A DNA stretch of 64,000 nt. Origin: Epiperipatus broadwayi. Its lineage: Eukaryota; Animalia; Onychophora. Position 1 is the stretch's first letter. Every line of letters starts with the position of its first letter. The stretch is taken from assembly GCA_028023455.1 (NCBI GenBank), contig JAQFVV010000005.1, forward strand, positions 18,972,001 to 19,036,000, in the 5' to 3' direction. The translations under genes and the position numbers were made by a program. This document shows positions 13,523 through 27,150 of the stretch, piece after piece. The notes beneath the pieces were generated by a model, which made no database searches, was not told the DNA's origin, and worked only from the letters and a program-made list of their open reading frames with translations.

Positions 13523-14951
13523 CTGAAAAGAAATGTATATTATTTTTAAAATTCTTCCTTGCTGGAGTATTAAAAACATAATAAAATAAGCTTCATAGAT
13601 ACTGTTAAATAGAAAAAACAATACTCGTTAATTAAATCTCATGAAATTACTTAATTCAATATTATATAACAGAAATTATTGCAGTCAGATAATTAATAAT
13701 TAAATAGTAATAACATCTATCTTTACTACAGCCTTATATAGGCACTGAGAAATCTGTATACATTTATTGATTAATGCATAGAATGTGTACTAAGAAAGAA
13801 AAATCATGTAAATTTAATAGGTTTATAATTATATTACTAGAATTAAATGTAAGATATAAAATTCAAACAATTTACTTTTACTGAGAACAAAACTAAAAAA
13901 AAAATTACTTAAATAATTTTTTTAATTAGCTGGCTAGTAAACTGACTTTTAATCGAACATCTTTTCAAATAATTATTCAAGAAACCTAAAATTATTATTA
14001 TTATTCCCTTACTATTATGATTATTCCTTAGCCTATTTCTTACAAACTCTTTCAAAAATTTTTTTTAATGTTGGCCATGTAGTGACATCTATGACCTCTT
14101 ACTATAATTCTTAAATCATGAACATAAAACAACTGCAGCAAATATAATTTAATATGAAAATATCTGTAATTTCTTTTGACTATAAAGATAGATACTGCCA
14201 ACATTGTTGCATTTCCTTATCTAGTTTATAATAGATGAAAATAATTATTTTCATTTAGATTATTTGAGATTAAAATATATATATATATTGTCACAGCAGT
14301 TTATGAACTCCATCAAATCTATAAGAAAAAAAAGAATGGATTGCAGATTAGGAACTTCTGCCAACACATAAAAGACATCTATTAAACAATAAGGCAAAAA
14401 TTAGATAATAATCCAATGATCTGAGTAAGATATTAATAAAATAGCTATTTAGATATATTATTTTTAAAAAAATATATATACAGTTTCATCAGAAAGAAAT
14501 GCCATTTGAGCAATAAATTTCTTTCAGATGTATTCACATATGTATATATTATTGTCTGTTAGAAATTATTTTGAGAATTTTTTGCTACTTAGCTGAACAT
14601 TTTTACTATTAGGATAAAAATTGAATATCCCATTATATCCTAGTAAAACTGAATTCAATTTTCATTGCAAAACTAATCTTTTTCACTTTATTTTAAAAGA
14701 TTATAATTTTAAAAATATTAAATAGTATTAAAATTTAAATAAATAAAGTAAAATGCATTTCTATTTAATTTTGTTTTAAAAAAGTTAATGTCATAAACTA
14801 AGCAAAGAATAGATTACTTATATTTTCTTTTAAATGAAAAAAAAAAAATCAGAAATTGCAAGAATTTTACCTTTAACAATAAATTTCTTTCTTTTTTTTT
14901 TTGGTTTTACAACTATTCAATTTTATAATAGCTTATTTTTTTGTTACTTAC

Positions 14952-15114
14952 TAGTAATGTATTCTGCCCCTTCTTCTGATCGTAATACTTCTTGACACAC
15001 AGCTGAGCTGCTAGCACTGTTAAATACATTATTTGCATTTTTGATTAATTCATAACAGCTTTCTAAGCATCTTTGCCATTCATACGTGTGACGATCCATT
15101 TCTTGGTATAGAGT
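14952..15114 (-). CDS. SYNRG: Synergin gamma-like gene, conserved C-terminal domain exon (phase 0-1)
   Basis: Acceptor cttattgcag|ACT, donor ACTA|gtaagt; 163 nt; TLYQEMDRHTYEWQRCLESCYELIKNANNVFNSASSSAVCQEVLRSEEGAEYIT closely matches the recalled human SYNRG segment YAYEWQRCLGSALNVIKKANDTLNGISSSSVCTEVIQSAQGMEYL. Confidence 0.93.
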
Positions 15115-16422
15115 CTGCAATAAGAACAAAACTTAATTTTGATAAGCCCATAATTAAAATACAAACTTATTGTATTACCAGTAAAATAACCATTTCAAAA
15201 GAATAAATAAATGCATGATCAAAATGAATTTCCTTCATTCGTAAATCAGATGTTAAATTAATCTTAAGATATAATAATCAATATTTATTTATATGGCTTT
15301 TAAAAATAAGTGTCATTGGTGTAATCAAACATTTAAAATTTTTGTGATAACTATCATTCTCATATTATTTCTAGATACTATGTATATTTATTTATTATAT
15401 TTTAAGAGTAGATATAGCCCAGTTCCTAGTTTTAGTTAAACCAGTAGCTTAAACCAAACAGATTTTTGAGATGGTTATTTTGTTTTCTGAACTCATACTA
15501 TAGTCTATATATAACCAATAAAAATTGTATTAATTTTAACAATGTAAATAAACAACAACTATTCAATAAGTGGCACTAAAAATAATATTTCTAAAGTACT
15601 AATCTTGTGCACATAGTTAAAAACTCTTTACAAATTAGACCCCTCTCTTATCAATCTACTAACCAGATGAAAGATGAATCCATTTCTTACAGTTTCCAAA
15701 ATTTTATATGATAGCAGATTAATAACTAAAATTTTATATTACATTAGCAAAGTCTTAATCTAATCAGCTCAATTTCAGATATTTACATGGTTTAGTGAAG
15801 TAGCAGAGCAGCAGACTTTAAACCCAAGAACAACGGATCGCAACATTTCTGTCACTTTTAGTAGCCAAACTTCTTATGAATTCCTGAGTGACAAATCATT
15901 TGATTTTTTTTTTACAGTTTTAGATAACAATGTATATATAAATTTCATTCATTTTAACAATTGCAATAAACGTTTTTGTTTATAAAGTTGTTGAAATTAT
16001 TATAATTTATGTTGCATTGTTGTCTAAAATTAAACCGAAACTTTGCCAAGAATCCCACTAACAATATATTTCATTTCTATGAAATACCCATTAATAGTAT
16101 GCTATCCATTAAATGTCTTAAGAACTATATAAAAATGGATTTATTTTTCATCAAGTTAGTAAATGATGTGTGAAAGCATTATTTGCAAATTTATTAAATA
16201 ATTCCTAGAAAGTCTGACTTTTAAACAATTCTTATAATATGCACATATGAAGATTATTATTTTAGAAATGTTATTGTAATAAATACTTATGTCAAGTTCT
16301 ATAAATGAGTTGCTATTAGAATTATAATCATTATAGCTAATAATTATGGAAACATAACTAATGCACAAGTTATTTATACACTTCACAGATTTAAAACTAG
16401 TGTGTGGATGAATGTATTAGGG

Positions 16423-19142
16423 CAGTGATGGGAACCTTTTTACGTGTGCATGCCAAAAATTTACAAATAATATATATCAAGTTGTTGATATATCAGGCAT
16501 AGTTTTTATTTTATTGAGACAAATTTAACAGAATTTCATACAGATGAATTCACGATTTGACATAAATTTTGTCATATAAAAATCAACATTATGGATTTAT
16601 TAATGAGATTTTTGCTGTTGCGCATTCAATGCCAATTGATTTATATCAAGTTCATATTTCATCATTTTTACTAATACAAACATCAAATTAGATTCATTAA
16701 TCATATTATTTCTTATACTGTCTTTTATAAAATTCATTTGAAAAAATAATGACTCACAAGAGTATGTAGAAAAAAAAAAAAATGGACTGCCTGTGCATGT
16801 AAATAAAGTTTATTAAATTCTTGTAAATGATTTCAGACATTATATGAGTAATTATCATCTTTCATTAGAGTAATAACTCTAGAAAAATTTACATACAATC
16901 TGAATAACTTTGATAAGAAATGATAATATATGTAAATAAGTTTAGATTATGCAGGAAGGACTGACGTAAAAACTTGCAATGGCCTACTTAGAGATGTGCT
17001 GATATATTGAAAATATATGTAGTTATCAGCAGAATATTGGCTGAATAATTGAATAGTTAATCTCGGTAAAAAGCTATAGGTAATAGACATCCACAGTTAT
17101 ATGAACAATATTAAATTATTGTGCATGTAAATAAATTATTCATATAACTACAGATTAAAATGTATTTTAGAGATTATAAAGTCATTTCTAAATTCTACTA
17201 ATTATTTTATTTATATACATTTATTGGCATGTGAATACACTTGTATGTTAGGTTTAAATTGTCTTAGTTTAATTTTTATAAAGTTATTGATGCTACCCAG
17301 CTGATAATTAAAAGAATACTTTGAAGACACAGTAATAATATAGTCATCACTAGTTTTTAAAATAATTAAAAGCTTCAATAATAGTATTCCAAATTCCCAT
17401 TATTTCTTCTTCACAGAAATTTTTTTTTATTACACCCAATAATTGATCATTTTCAATTATTTCCTAATCATTTTTTGAATTGAGACATATTTTTGTTTCT
17501 ATATACAATTGGATTTAGAATTGATTAATTATATTTCTGCATCTTTCAAATTCAATCACTCATAATGTCTAAATTAAATTTATCTGATGATGCTATGACA
17601 ATGTAAAAAAAACTTTGATGTTTCTACAAATTGCTTGAATTGCATAAATCTTGAAGGAAATTAGTTAATCATCAACTAATTTTATAAATTTAATTTGATC
17701 TGATTTTTCATGAGTCTAAATCTGTGAAGATTTTGTTTATATATTTAAAGTTGTTTGAAAATAATGTCACGATTAAAAATTTAGCTTGGAGTGCTTTAAG
17801 TCAAATATAACAATAACCATCTCATTAACATTTTGTAGTTTAATATGTAATTCATTTGAATGTAATCATTTGATATCAATTAGTTGATTACATTTTTCAA
17901 TGATTTTCTCACTATATAAAAAAATCTAACTTTATCTAAATGCTCAATGATTCTTTGAAAAACTCTTCCATGACTTAACCATCCTATATTTGCACACAAG
18001 GAATCCATTGTACATTGAGTTTACTTTATTTAATAATTTTTAGAAATTTTCATTTATTTAAAGCAGATGCTATTATAAAATTGATCAATTTTGTTACAAA
18101 GCTTATAACACCTTCCACAGACTTGGAAATTGGCCTTTGTGCAAAAAAATCTGTTGATATTTATTGCAATAAAAATCCAAACTGAATGACCAACATGTTT
18201 GATAAATAAATTGATAAAACTTATTTTCCCCTTCAGACATAATGCAAGCATCATCAACAGTTACTGATATAAATTTGAAAGGTCTATTTTTCTTTCAGTA
18301 AATACATTAACAATTGTATTGCAAATATCTATTTGTTGTTACCGATAATGTTAAATTGTTAAATTCTTTATTCCCAACACAAAAATGAATAAAATATGTA
18401 TAAACAAGTTGAGAATACTTATGTCAGTACTCTCAAGACAGAAAGAAACTAAAAGATTTTCCATCTATTTTTGCTAATGAGTTATGTTTTTAGTTAATTT
18501 TAAGATTCTATCTTTCCCATATTTCTAATCAAAAGCATATCTTTTATTTTTTGAATATTTTTTTTTATGTTTTCAAAATCTGCAATAAAAACTGGTGTGC
18601 ATTTTAATCATGCTTTTATATATTTTCCATCACTAAAAAATTTTCCACATTTGGAAATTACACTTGAAATAGAAAGAAAAAGTAGAAGCAATTATATATG
18701 AACAACTATTGATAAATTTCATTTAGAATACTACCTGTATATTTTTACTTTTAGTTGCCCAACCAATAAATTCTTTTTGTTCATTCTTGCTTTTCTCAAG
18801 GACTAATTTATAGTTTATCTCATAATGTTGTTTATTGTCATTCTGCATACAACTGTCCCAGAACATAAATCAAATACTATTTCATTGGCTTTTTAAATCA
18901 TGCTATACTCTTTAACTCTCTAACTTTAAAACTCTTTGTTACTTGATTCTGATAAATTTTGTTTTTTATTTTTACTAATCATGTTGAATAGAATTGTTAT
19001 AATTTTTTTTAAAAAATAAAATCAAATACATTTTTTTTAAATTTCAAAAACAACATTTTATTATAAGTTTAAATTATGTTTATAATACATGCACATAGCA
19101 AAAACTCAAGCAAAAACAAAACACAAAGTATATACACCACTG
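16423..19142 (-). mobile_element. hAT (Charlie/SPIN/Buster; GTF2IRD2-like) transposase fossil
   Basis: Minus-strand motifs in the correct order: ESTDIS (about 18430), FISVTVDDACIMS (about 18250), HCxxxQQ..KLINFIIASAL (about 18060-18170), GWLSHGRVFQRI (about 17960), STYSCESLFFQMNFIKD (about 16750). Left TIR-like CAGTGATGGGAACCTTTT at 16423; right end approximate. Confidence 0.85.
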
Positions 19143-20804
19143 TTTGTTCTGCCTATTAATTACCAAGCAGCATGGAATGTATGAATGCACTTGCAATTAG
19201 AGATAGAAAGAGTCTGAACATCCTAAGTATGAATTATCTACAATGCATCAACTAATATAATGAAAAATGTATTTGTTGGTTAGTTTCTATTGCATAAAAC
19301 AAAATTTTACTTGTACAATATTTTAACAATTAAAAAAAAAACAGAATACTTTGTAAGCATATGAAATATCACCTGTAAATCATTCATATGAAAATAAAGT
19401 TTTCATAGTGCTACCTCTGGCATAAATGTCTCACATTAGTCAAGACTGTATTAAATGAAAATTTCACTTAGTAAAGTATATTACTTATATGTTGAGTGCT
19501 AACCTCAGACCATAATAAGGTTCAGAAGTAGTGGATAATAAATAAACTTCATTTATGAAGGTTAATTGCAAATACTAGTAAGCAGTGCAGCATTCATCTA
19601 TAAATATTCCCTATTACCTTATAGAATAAGATATTGGAATATTTAAAGCTATATACTGATTCCAACACAAACGTTTTTCTGTCTCTTTTCTTTATTCTTT
19701 CTCTCATTCTCTCCTCATTTTCTTTTTTTATTTTAACATAATATTTTGGGACCTGGTTTTCATAAGTTTCTCATATCAGTGACCATCTCTCTGAACTAAT
19801 TATGATAGTGGAGGAGCATCTTGTAACCACATTTCTACTATTAAATTACATATATATGAGTCCAATGGATGTAATCATTTTCATTTGGTTGCTAAAAAAA
19901 TTATAAAAATTTTATTTAGGAATGATAGAAATAAGACCATCTATTTGTTTGTAAAATGAGAAAAAAATGTGGATTCATTTTTTTTTTTAATGTGAAAAAT
20001 TCATATTACAGAGTGATCTGAAAGCATTTATGGTATAAAGTAAACAAAATATGCTTATATGATAGTGCCCAAGAATGTCCTCTCTCAACAATTTTTTCAT
20101 TTTTTTTGAGAAAATTAAAAAATAAATTAATAAAAATAAGAAATTTAAGATACAATAAGACAAATAAAGTATGCTAATGTAATTTTTTAGATGATATAGA
20201 ATAAAAAACAAAAACAAATAGAAAATGAAAAACAGAAAAATATAGAAATGTAGTTTGTTGAAAATGAATACCAAGAAGAATAAAATATACATTAAATTGG
20301 AAAAAATATTTCACAGTTAAATACTGAAAAGAGAGATGTAAATTATACCATTATATATAGAAATAATGCAATACTATTAAAACACAGTTACTGACAACAT
20401 TGTATAAATACTTGAAAAAAATATGACAGCAGATGAAGTTATAAGGAAAAATGAGATGAACATCATTTCTCATGAAAATGTTTGATAGAATTTAATACTT
20501 GGCTGAAAATAGAATGCAATGATAATTTTTATTTTGAAAGAAATAACTAAAATAATTTGATGGGAATTGTTTTTAGTGATGATATGAAAAAACATTAGAC
20601 TGAATATACTAATAATACTCTGAGCACATGATTTATTAAAGATAAAAATAATGTACTTTTTCTTTCACTTTGAAGTTAATAATATATTTTATTTTTATTA
20701 TTTCTTATGATTTTGATTGACTAGCAGTCTTCTTCAGAACTGGAATTAACATATATTAATTCTAAGGCAGTATGTAATTTGCTTATGCTGAATGTTTGTT
20801 ATAT

Positions 20805-21345
20805 ATGTAATTAGAAGGATTTGAAATGAGGATTTTTCAATCTATTCATCTTCCACTCCATCTCAAGCAACTGATACACATGACAACATACATGTGAAAA
20901 AAATACATGATCCTAAATATACATATTTCTTGCAGAACTAGCGCTCATCAGTGCTCAATTTATATTAAGATAGCAATTCCTCAAACTTTAATGGACAAGC
21001 TTCGATCTTGTCACTCTTTCAACTATTCAACCATCCATGATCATGATCTTCCCACACATTTATACAATCAGTGCTTGGTTAAATAGTTGGAAGAGTAAGA
21101 AGATTGAAGATTTTCCATTAAAGCATAAGAAATTGCTATCTTAATATAAACCAAGCACTGAATGTATATATATGTGTGGGAGATTATGATCTGGTCCAAC
21201 TAATAAGTTCTGGCTCTGCACAAAATACGTATATTAGGGATTATGTATTTTTTTCGCATGTATCTGGTAATGTGTGTCATTTGCTTGGAATGGAGTTGAG
21301 GATGAATAGAGTGAAAAATCCTGAATTCAACTCCATCTAATTAAA
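20805..21345. mobile_element. Decayed fold-back insertion (family D) with hammerhead-like motif
   Basis: Diverged inverted arms (e.g. GATAGCAATT 20969 / AATTGCTATC 21131; GATTTTTCA / TGAAAAATC). Minus strand 20914-20957 reads UGAGCA CUGAUGA GCGCUAGUUCUGCAA GAAA UAUGUA UAUUUA. Confidence 0.6.
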
Positions 21346-21744
21346 TATTATATTAGTTATATCATACACTTAAACATAAGTATTTATATTATTATATATA
21401 TATATATAGACATAGATAATGAAATCCAATCTATTAAAAAATATTTCAACATCCCGATTATATTAGCTTGCTCTGCCAACACAAAATAATCATTTGTATT
21501 AGCTGCCTTGGATTAGCAAATTTAATAATTGTTTTAAACATAAGTGAAATGATTACAATTTAGATGGAGCCACAGCTTCATTTATATACAATCTAATTCA
21601 AAGTTTCATGAGAAAGTCCCTTACTTATTCATTTTAAACCCCATGCAAATGAAGAAATTTAAGTCAAATATTTGCAATATAATAATACAGTATTATTTTA
21701 ACTGTTATATATAATCTCTGGTTTTACTAGAATTACTAATCCTT

Positions 21745-22200
21745 ACATACATCTAGGGCAATTAATACAAATAGTTATTTTGTGTTGGATGAACAATCTA
21801 GTACAGAGTAGATTCTGAAATGTTCACAAATAGTGTTTGGTTTGATAGGTCAAAACTGGAGATTACATATAGCTGTTAAAATAGCCTTCTATTTATTATT
21901 TGATTTAAAATTCTCCACTTGTATAGGCTTTAAAATAAATAAATAATGGTCAAGAAAGTTTGAATTAGTCATATATAAATGAGACTGGATGTCAATCTGG
22001 ATTATAATGTTTTCACCCTTGTTTAAACATTTACTACATTTACTAACCTTTATGTACATCCAGAATGATTAATACAAATAGTCATTTTGTATTGATTCAA
22101 TAATCTAGTATAGTGGGGGTGCTGAAATGTTTTTCAACAACATTTGGTTTTGTTGGCCAAGATCAGAGATTACATATAACACTTAAAATAACATTGTGTT
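21745..22200 (+). repeat. Diverged direct repeat, two copies of about 145 bp (21745-21890 and 22055-22200)
   Basis: Shared ATTAATACAAATAGT..ATTTTGT, AATCTAGTA, CTGAAATGTT, GAGATTACATATA. Confidence 0.75.
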
Positions 22201-22705
22201 TATTATATATAGAGATAAATATCATAATACCTTTAAATACATTATTCAGGTGTGCCACTTAGATTATTAAGTTGTTTTTTTGTTTTTTTTTTATAAAGAG
22301 ATTTTTTAAAAAATGAACCCATGGATTTATTTTTTAATCTATTTGTAAAAAAGAATTTGCTAACGATGTAGCAACAGTTGGATAATGCATGCATATATTG
22401 TTGTGATATTTGTTTATATAAATGCCATTTTAGTGTTACATTTATATTTCATATCTATATATAATAAATTATGTAATTTACTTATTTCTATTATTTAAAC
22501 ACAAATGTATAATATGAATCAGTGCACATGCACTCATGATATATATATATATAATTATTAATAGAAAATGTCTCTATATTTATGATAAATAATAAGAGTA
22601 TCAAACTCTTGATACAGTAGTGTCACCAAATGCAAGGTTTTGTAATCAATCAATTCAGGAAGGTTTGTGCATAAAATTCCTATCTAGTGACTACTCATCC
22701 AACAT

Positions 22706-22745
22706 CCTCATACTAGTTTCTAGCTTGTGGCTTTCATCAGTGAGG
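22706..22745 (-). ncRNA. Minimal type I hammerhead ribozyme with intact catalytic core
   Basis: RNA: CCUCA CUGAUGA A-AGC-CACAA-GCU-A GAAA CUAGUA UGAGG. 5-bp stem I (CCUCA/UGAGG), 3-bp stem II, palindromic stem III ACUAGU, predicted cleavage after GUA (22711). Confidence 0.85.
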
Positions 22746-23423
22746 GGACTTGGATTGAAAGCACTGCACCTAGATCTTAGGATCTAATGTAACCCCCCAG
22801 CAACCATTTTTTACATATTTGGTTAACTATAAAGCTAGAAGCTCAAGATGAAAACACCATAAATTTCTAACCCAAGCTCATGCATTTATATAGTCATATA
22901 GATCTAAACTCAGTTCAGCATCTATACATTTTGGTGTCTTTGGTTTTTCAAAAACCAGTCACCATTATCCTATGGGCAGGATAGATATAAAACCATCAAA
23001 ACATCACATGATCACCATTTCATATGTTTACACATGTTGTTAATAAGATTATCAAACTCTCCATATAGTAGTGCTATCAAGTGCAAGCTTTTATAATCAA
23101 TGGATTCTGGAAGGTCTGTGCATAACAGCATGTGTAAGCATATAAAATGATGATCATGTGATGTTTTGATGATTTTATATCTATCCTGCCCATAAGATAA
23201 TGGTTACTGTGGTTTTTGAAAAACACAAGACACCAAAATGTATAGTTGCTGAACCGAGTTCAGATCTATATGACTATACAAGTAAATGAGTTTGGGTTGG
23301 AAACATTATGGTGTTTTCATCTTGGGTTCATAGCTTTATAGTTAACCAAATAGGTAAAAGGTGGTTGCTGGAGGGTTGCAATAGATTCTAAAATTTAGGT
23401 GCAGTGCTCTGGAATTCAAGGCT

Positions 23424-23463
23424 CCTCAATGATGAAAGCCACAAGCTAGAAACTAGTCTGGCA
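23424..23463 (+). ncRNA. Hammerhead motif, family A, core-mutated
   Basis: CCTCA ATGATGA AAGCCACAAGCTA GAAA CTAGTC TGGCA: C3-to-A change in CUGAUGA and weakened stem I. Confidence 0.7.
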
Positions 23464-24348
23464 ATGTTGAATAAGTAGACACTAGATATGGATTTCATGC
23501 ACAAACCTTCCTGAATCCACATTGATTACAAAAGCTGGCATTTGGTGGTAGTACTACATGGAGAGTTTGGTACTCTTATTAACAGCATATGTAAGCATAT
23601 TAAATGGTAATCATGTGATGTTTTAATGGTTTTATGATAAATATATAGAGAAAATATTAAAAAATAAATAATTATAAGAGATTGTAAAAGAAAATGAAAA
23701 AGTAGAATTTTAAAAAATAAATATGAATAAAATAACATTTAATTATATAATAATAAAATATATATGTAAAATAGGAAAAGACACAAAATAACATTACAAT
23801 GAGTTTATTTCTGTTTGGTGCAAAACAGAAGCTTTGGATACCAGGAAAAGTGAGAAAAATGGAACAAGAATTTAAACTATAAAATGTTGAAAAAGTATCA
23901 AAATAAATTGTACAGAAAATGAAGAAACATAAAGGAAAATGCAAGGAATGACAGAATTAAGAATTTGGACTACAAAATGTTGAAATAAAAATCAAGATAA
24001 ACTGTATGGGGAATGAGAGCCAAAGGTAAAAGAAATGAAAAAATATAGATTTTTTTATTCAAATCTTTATATATCAAGGAATATATGGTTACAATACTGG
24101 AACTATTAAAATATCTTTTACTAAAATAGGGTAGAAAAATAATTTGGTAATAAAAGCAAGAAGTAGATGAATTTACTATGGTACATAATAGTTTCATACA
24201 TTATGTAGATTAAACTTAGTTGGTTATTCTCTTTAATTTATATATAAACACACCTAATAAATTGGTATATATTTAAGTAAAAATATAATATATGATTAAG
24301 TTCTGCTATCATTTTTTAAAATAATAATACACACACATATATATATAT

Positions 24349-26558
24349 TGTAACGAGCACAGACGTTCGTTACATTGTTGTTTTTTTTTATTTATTAAAC
24401 ATGAAAGTAAATTAAAAAGTTCGCATTTAAAAATTTTCTTTTAGAATTAAAAATTGAAATTAAATATCAACTTAAACTCTTATATATTAAATCGCACAGA
24501 TAATGAAAAATTATTAAAATAAAAATTTATTAAAGAAAAAGTATTTTAAAACTAAATTTTAAAAAGATTTGGAGATAAAATTATATCTTTAAATTTATCT
24601 TTAAACATATTTTTGATTTGGAAAACAGGTTAATTAATCAGAAATGGAAATGATTGTTAATTAGTTAAATGTAAACCAGCCTTGGCATTTAAATGTAAAA
24701 ACACCGGTCAGATAAGAAAACAATAGAAACTTTCAGCAAATGAAATAAATCCATTTGGAAATCGGACCTCAACGAAAAGGATCATCTCATTGATGACGTA
24801 ATGTTAAGTCAATCCTTCGAATACGTATAAAAGGAAAAATTTTGGAAATTATTAATTAGTGACTAGTTATTGATGATTATTACGATGTAACAGCTAGGTG
24901 TTAGTGCTGAGGGGATTGAAAAAGACGCACAGCTTCAATCCCTTCAGTTCTGCTAAGAAAGGAAGAAAAATGAACCATCGTTTCTACATTGAGGACCAAC
25001 TACACTAAAAAATCTCCGGATGGATAAATAAATCGGCCAACAGGATACCAATCTTCGGACGACGTGGGAATTCACGTTCAAACGGCAAGGAATATATGAA
25101 GATGAACTATTTAAATAACCGTAAGAACTTTAAAATTTATGAACAGTAAATTAAAAACTTTCCAGATTTAAATAATTGCAATATTATTCTATCTGACCAA
25201 CATTATTTATTAATTAGTTATAATTTTATTTAATGTATTTATTTTGTAAAATCATTTCCATTTATTTATTTTTTGTTCTTTAAGTTTTATTATGATTTTT
25301 GTTTTCCGTTAAATTAATTATAAAAATGTTAAACTTAAGTCGGGCGTGAATGGCTGTATAGATTTGTAAAGTTATATTAGGGGAGGGTAATCTTAGGTTA
25401 TTTATGTCGTTGTTAGATTGGGTCAATGGATTGGATATATTGATGTAGTTAGTAGATGTAATCGGAGATTCGCTACGGGCAGAATCGTTTATATATACGC
25501 CGCACTCACCCGTTTGCCTATGGAAGGAATTATAAGACGGAGAACGCAGTTCCTTTCTATGGAGTTTTTTTTTATTGTTCTTCTCGTTAGATAGATGTAA
25601 TATTCCTATCTGATTGAGAGTCAATGTCTTTTCTTAATTCTTTTGGTGCTGCCGTATTTCGTATTACATTGAATACATCGATGTATCAGATGGATTGATG
25701 CCAGTTTGACTGCGAATTTTAGCCTAAGGTTAAATAGGGATAGAATATTTTAATTTCAATGCAAATCTATGTAGTATTCATACTCGATTCTAAATAAAAA
25801 TGCATTAAATTTAAGTTGTTTATAGACGCTTGCATGGATTGTTTATCGGTTAACTATGTTTTGCGTTTTCATATTTGATCAAAATATATAGACATTCGAT
25901 AAATAATGATACCTTACGGTGAGTATCTAAAATGTATTTATTCGGATGTCTTTTAAGTTATTGGTGACAATGCAAGTATCTTATGGTGAATACTATTGGG
26001 TTACATATAAATTTCCCTCCGCAATTGTCAGTAATCAATAATTTTATATTTTGATCGCTTATGTTTACTTTGGAATGTTTTTAACCGTGTAATCTATGTA
26101 ACCGATCTATAGCAACTTATTATAACAAGCTTTTATAATCCCATCTGTGCGAACTTAATTAAAATGTAAAATTAGAATATAATAGTAATTAAATGTAAAT
26201 TAAAGTCAAAAATCAAAGTTAAAAAGAATGTTAAAAATTAAAATGTAAAACTAATACTAAAATAATTTTAAATCTTATATATATGTGCATAAATAAATGT
26301 TTGTATGTTAATTACTGGCAGTGGCTTATTTTATTCTTTTTTTATATATATGCTCTTAGATTATCTTATTAAATCTCTGCTATTCCACTGAGCTAGTGAC
26401 ATGGGCTAACGACCGGAACCAAAATATTTAAAAAAAAAAAAAAAATTTTTTTTTTTTTTTGACTTACGTATCTGCCTACTTATAAATTTTTCTAGGTTCA
26501 AATGCCTAGATGGCGCCCCGTAGAGCAGTTTACATAAGTCATTCTCCGGATCGTTACA
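24349..26558. mobile_element. Solo LTR, 2210 bp (Ty3/Gypsy-like)
   Basis: Terminal inverted TGTAACGA...TCGTTACA, 4-bp TSD ATAT (24345-24348 and 26559-26562), no recognisable protein-coding sequence; colinear diverged copy at 36597. Confidence 0.8.
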
Positions 26559-26639
26559 ATATATCATATGGATGAAAAAAAAAACAAATAGATTCAGTAT
26601 AAATAGCGGTCTGAAGGAATTTTTTAAAAATTGTAATGA

Positions 26640-27150
26640 CATTATGAACGTTTACTTGATACAATAACAAGATAAATGAAAAAGAATAATTCATTTAATT
26701 TGATGATAACTAAAAAGAAAAGAAATGCATATGATTGCTTGAAATATAGAACAATAGCATTATTATCTAATGCTTTCAAAATTTTACTAATAATAATTAA
26801 AAATAGGATGCAACAAAAGATAAATAGAAAGTTTGATAGTCATTAGTAAGTTTTTAGATTTGGAAAAAAAGCAGAGAAGTTATAATGGCATTTAGAATGA
26901 TTTTGCAGAAAGATCTACAAATTAAAGAAGAAATCTTATCTAGCATTTATTGACTTGGAAAAACCTATTGATGGTGTGGATTGAAAATTGCTGGTTCAAA
27001 TGATAAAAAAAAGTAGATCTTGATATTGAAAAAAATCAGTGTGGAAAAGGAATTACTGAACATGATAAAATTGAGAGAAAAGTTTCTTTAAAAATGTGAT
27101 CAGTGAAATTCAATGTAATTTATAAAGGGATGATTGAAGTCAAAAAACAT
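26640..27150 (+). mobile_element. Decayed RTE-clade LINE RT fragment
   Basis: Translated remnants YRTIALLSNAFKILLIIIKNRMQQKI and LAFIDLEK, with stops and frameshifts. Confidence 0.7.

Larger units (their letters stand above)
22591..23640. mobile_element. About 1 kb tail-to-tail palindrome of PLE pseudo-LTRs, family A
   Basis: Inverted arms about 22591-23020 / 23150-23580 colinear along their length, a third partial copy in the spacer (23040-23125), and a hammerhead motif in each arm. Confidence 0.88.

Noticed and set aside
19746-19786. Weak hammerhead-like string (CUGAUAU...GAAAACCAGGUC, minus strand)
   Set aside because: Core lacks G8/A9 and stem I is broken; needs several edits to fit.
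22925-22960. AAAACCAGTCACC as a second ribozyme in the family A arm
   Set aside because: No CUGANGA upstream in either arm.
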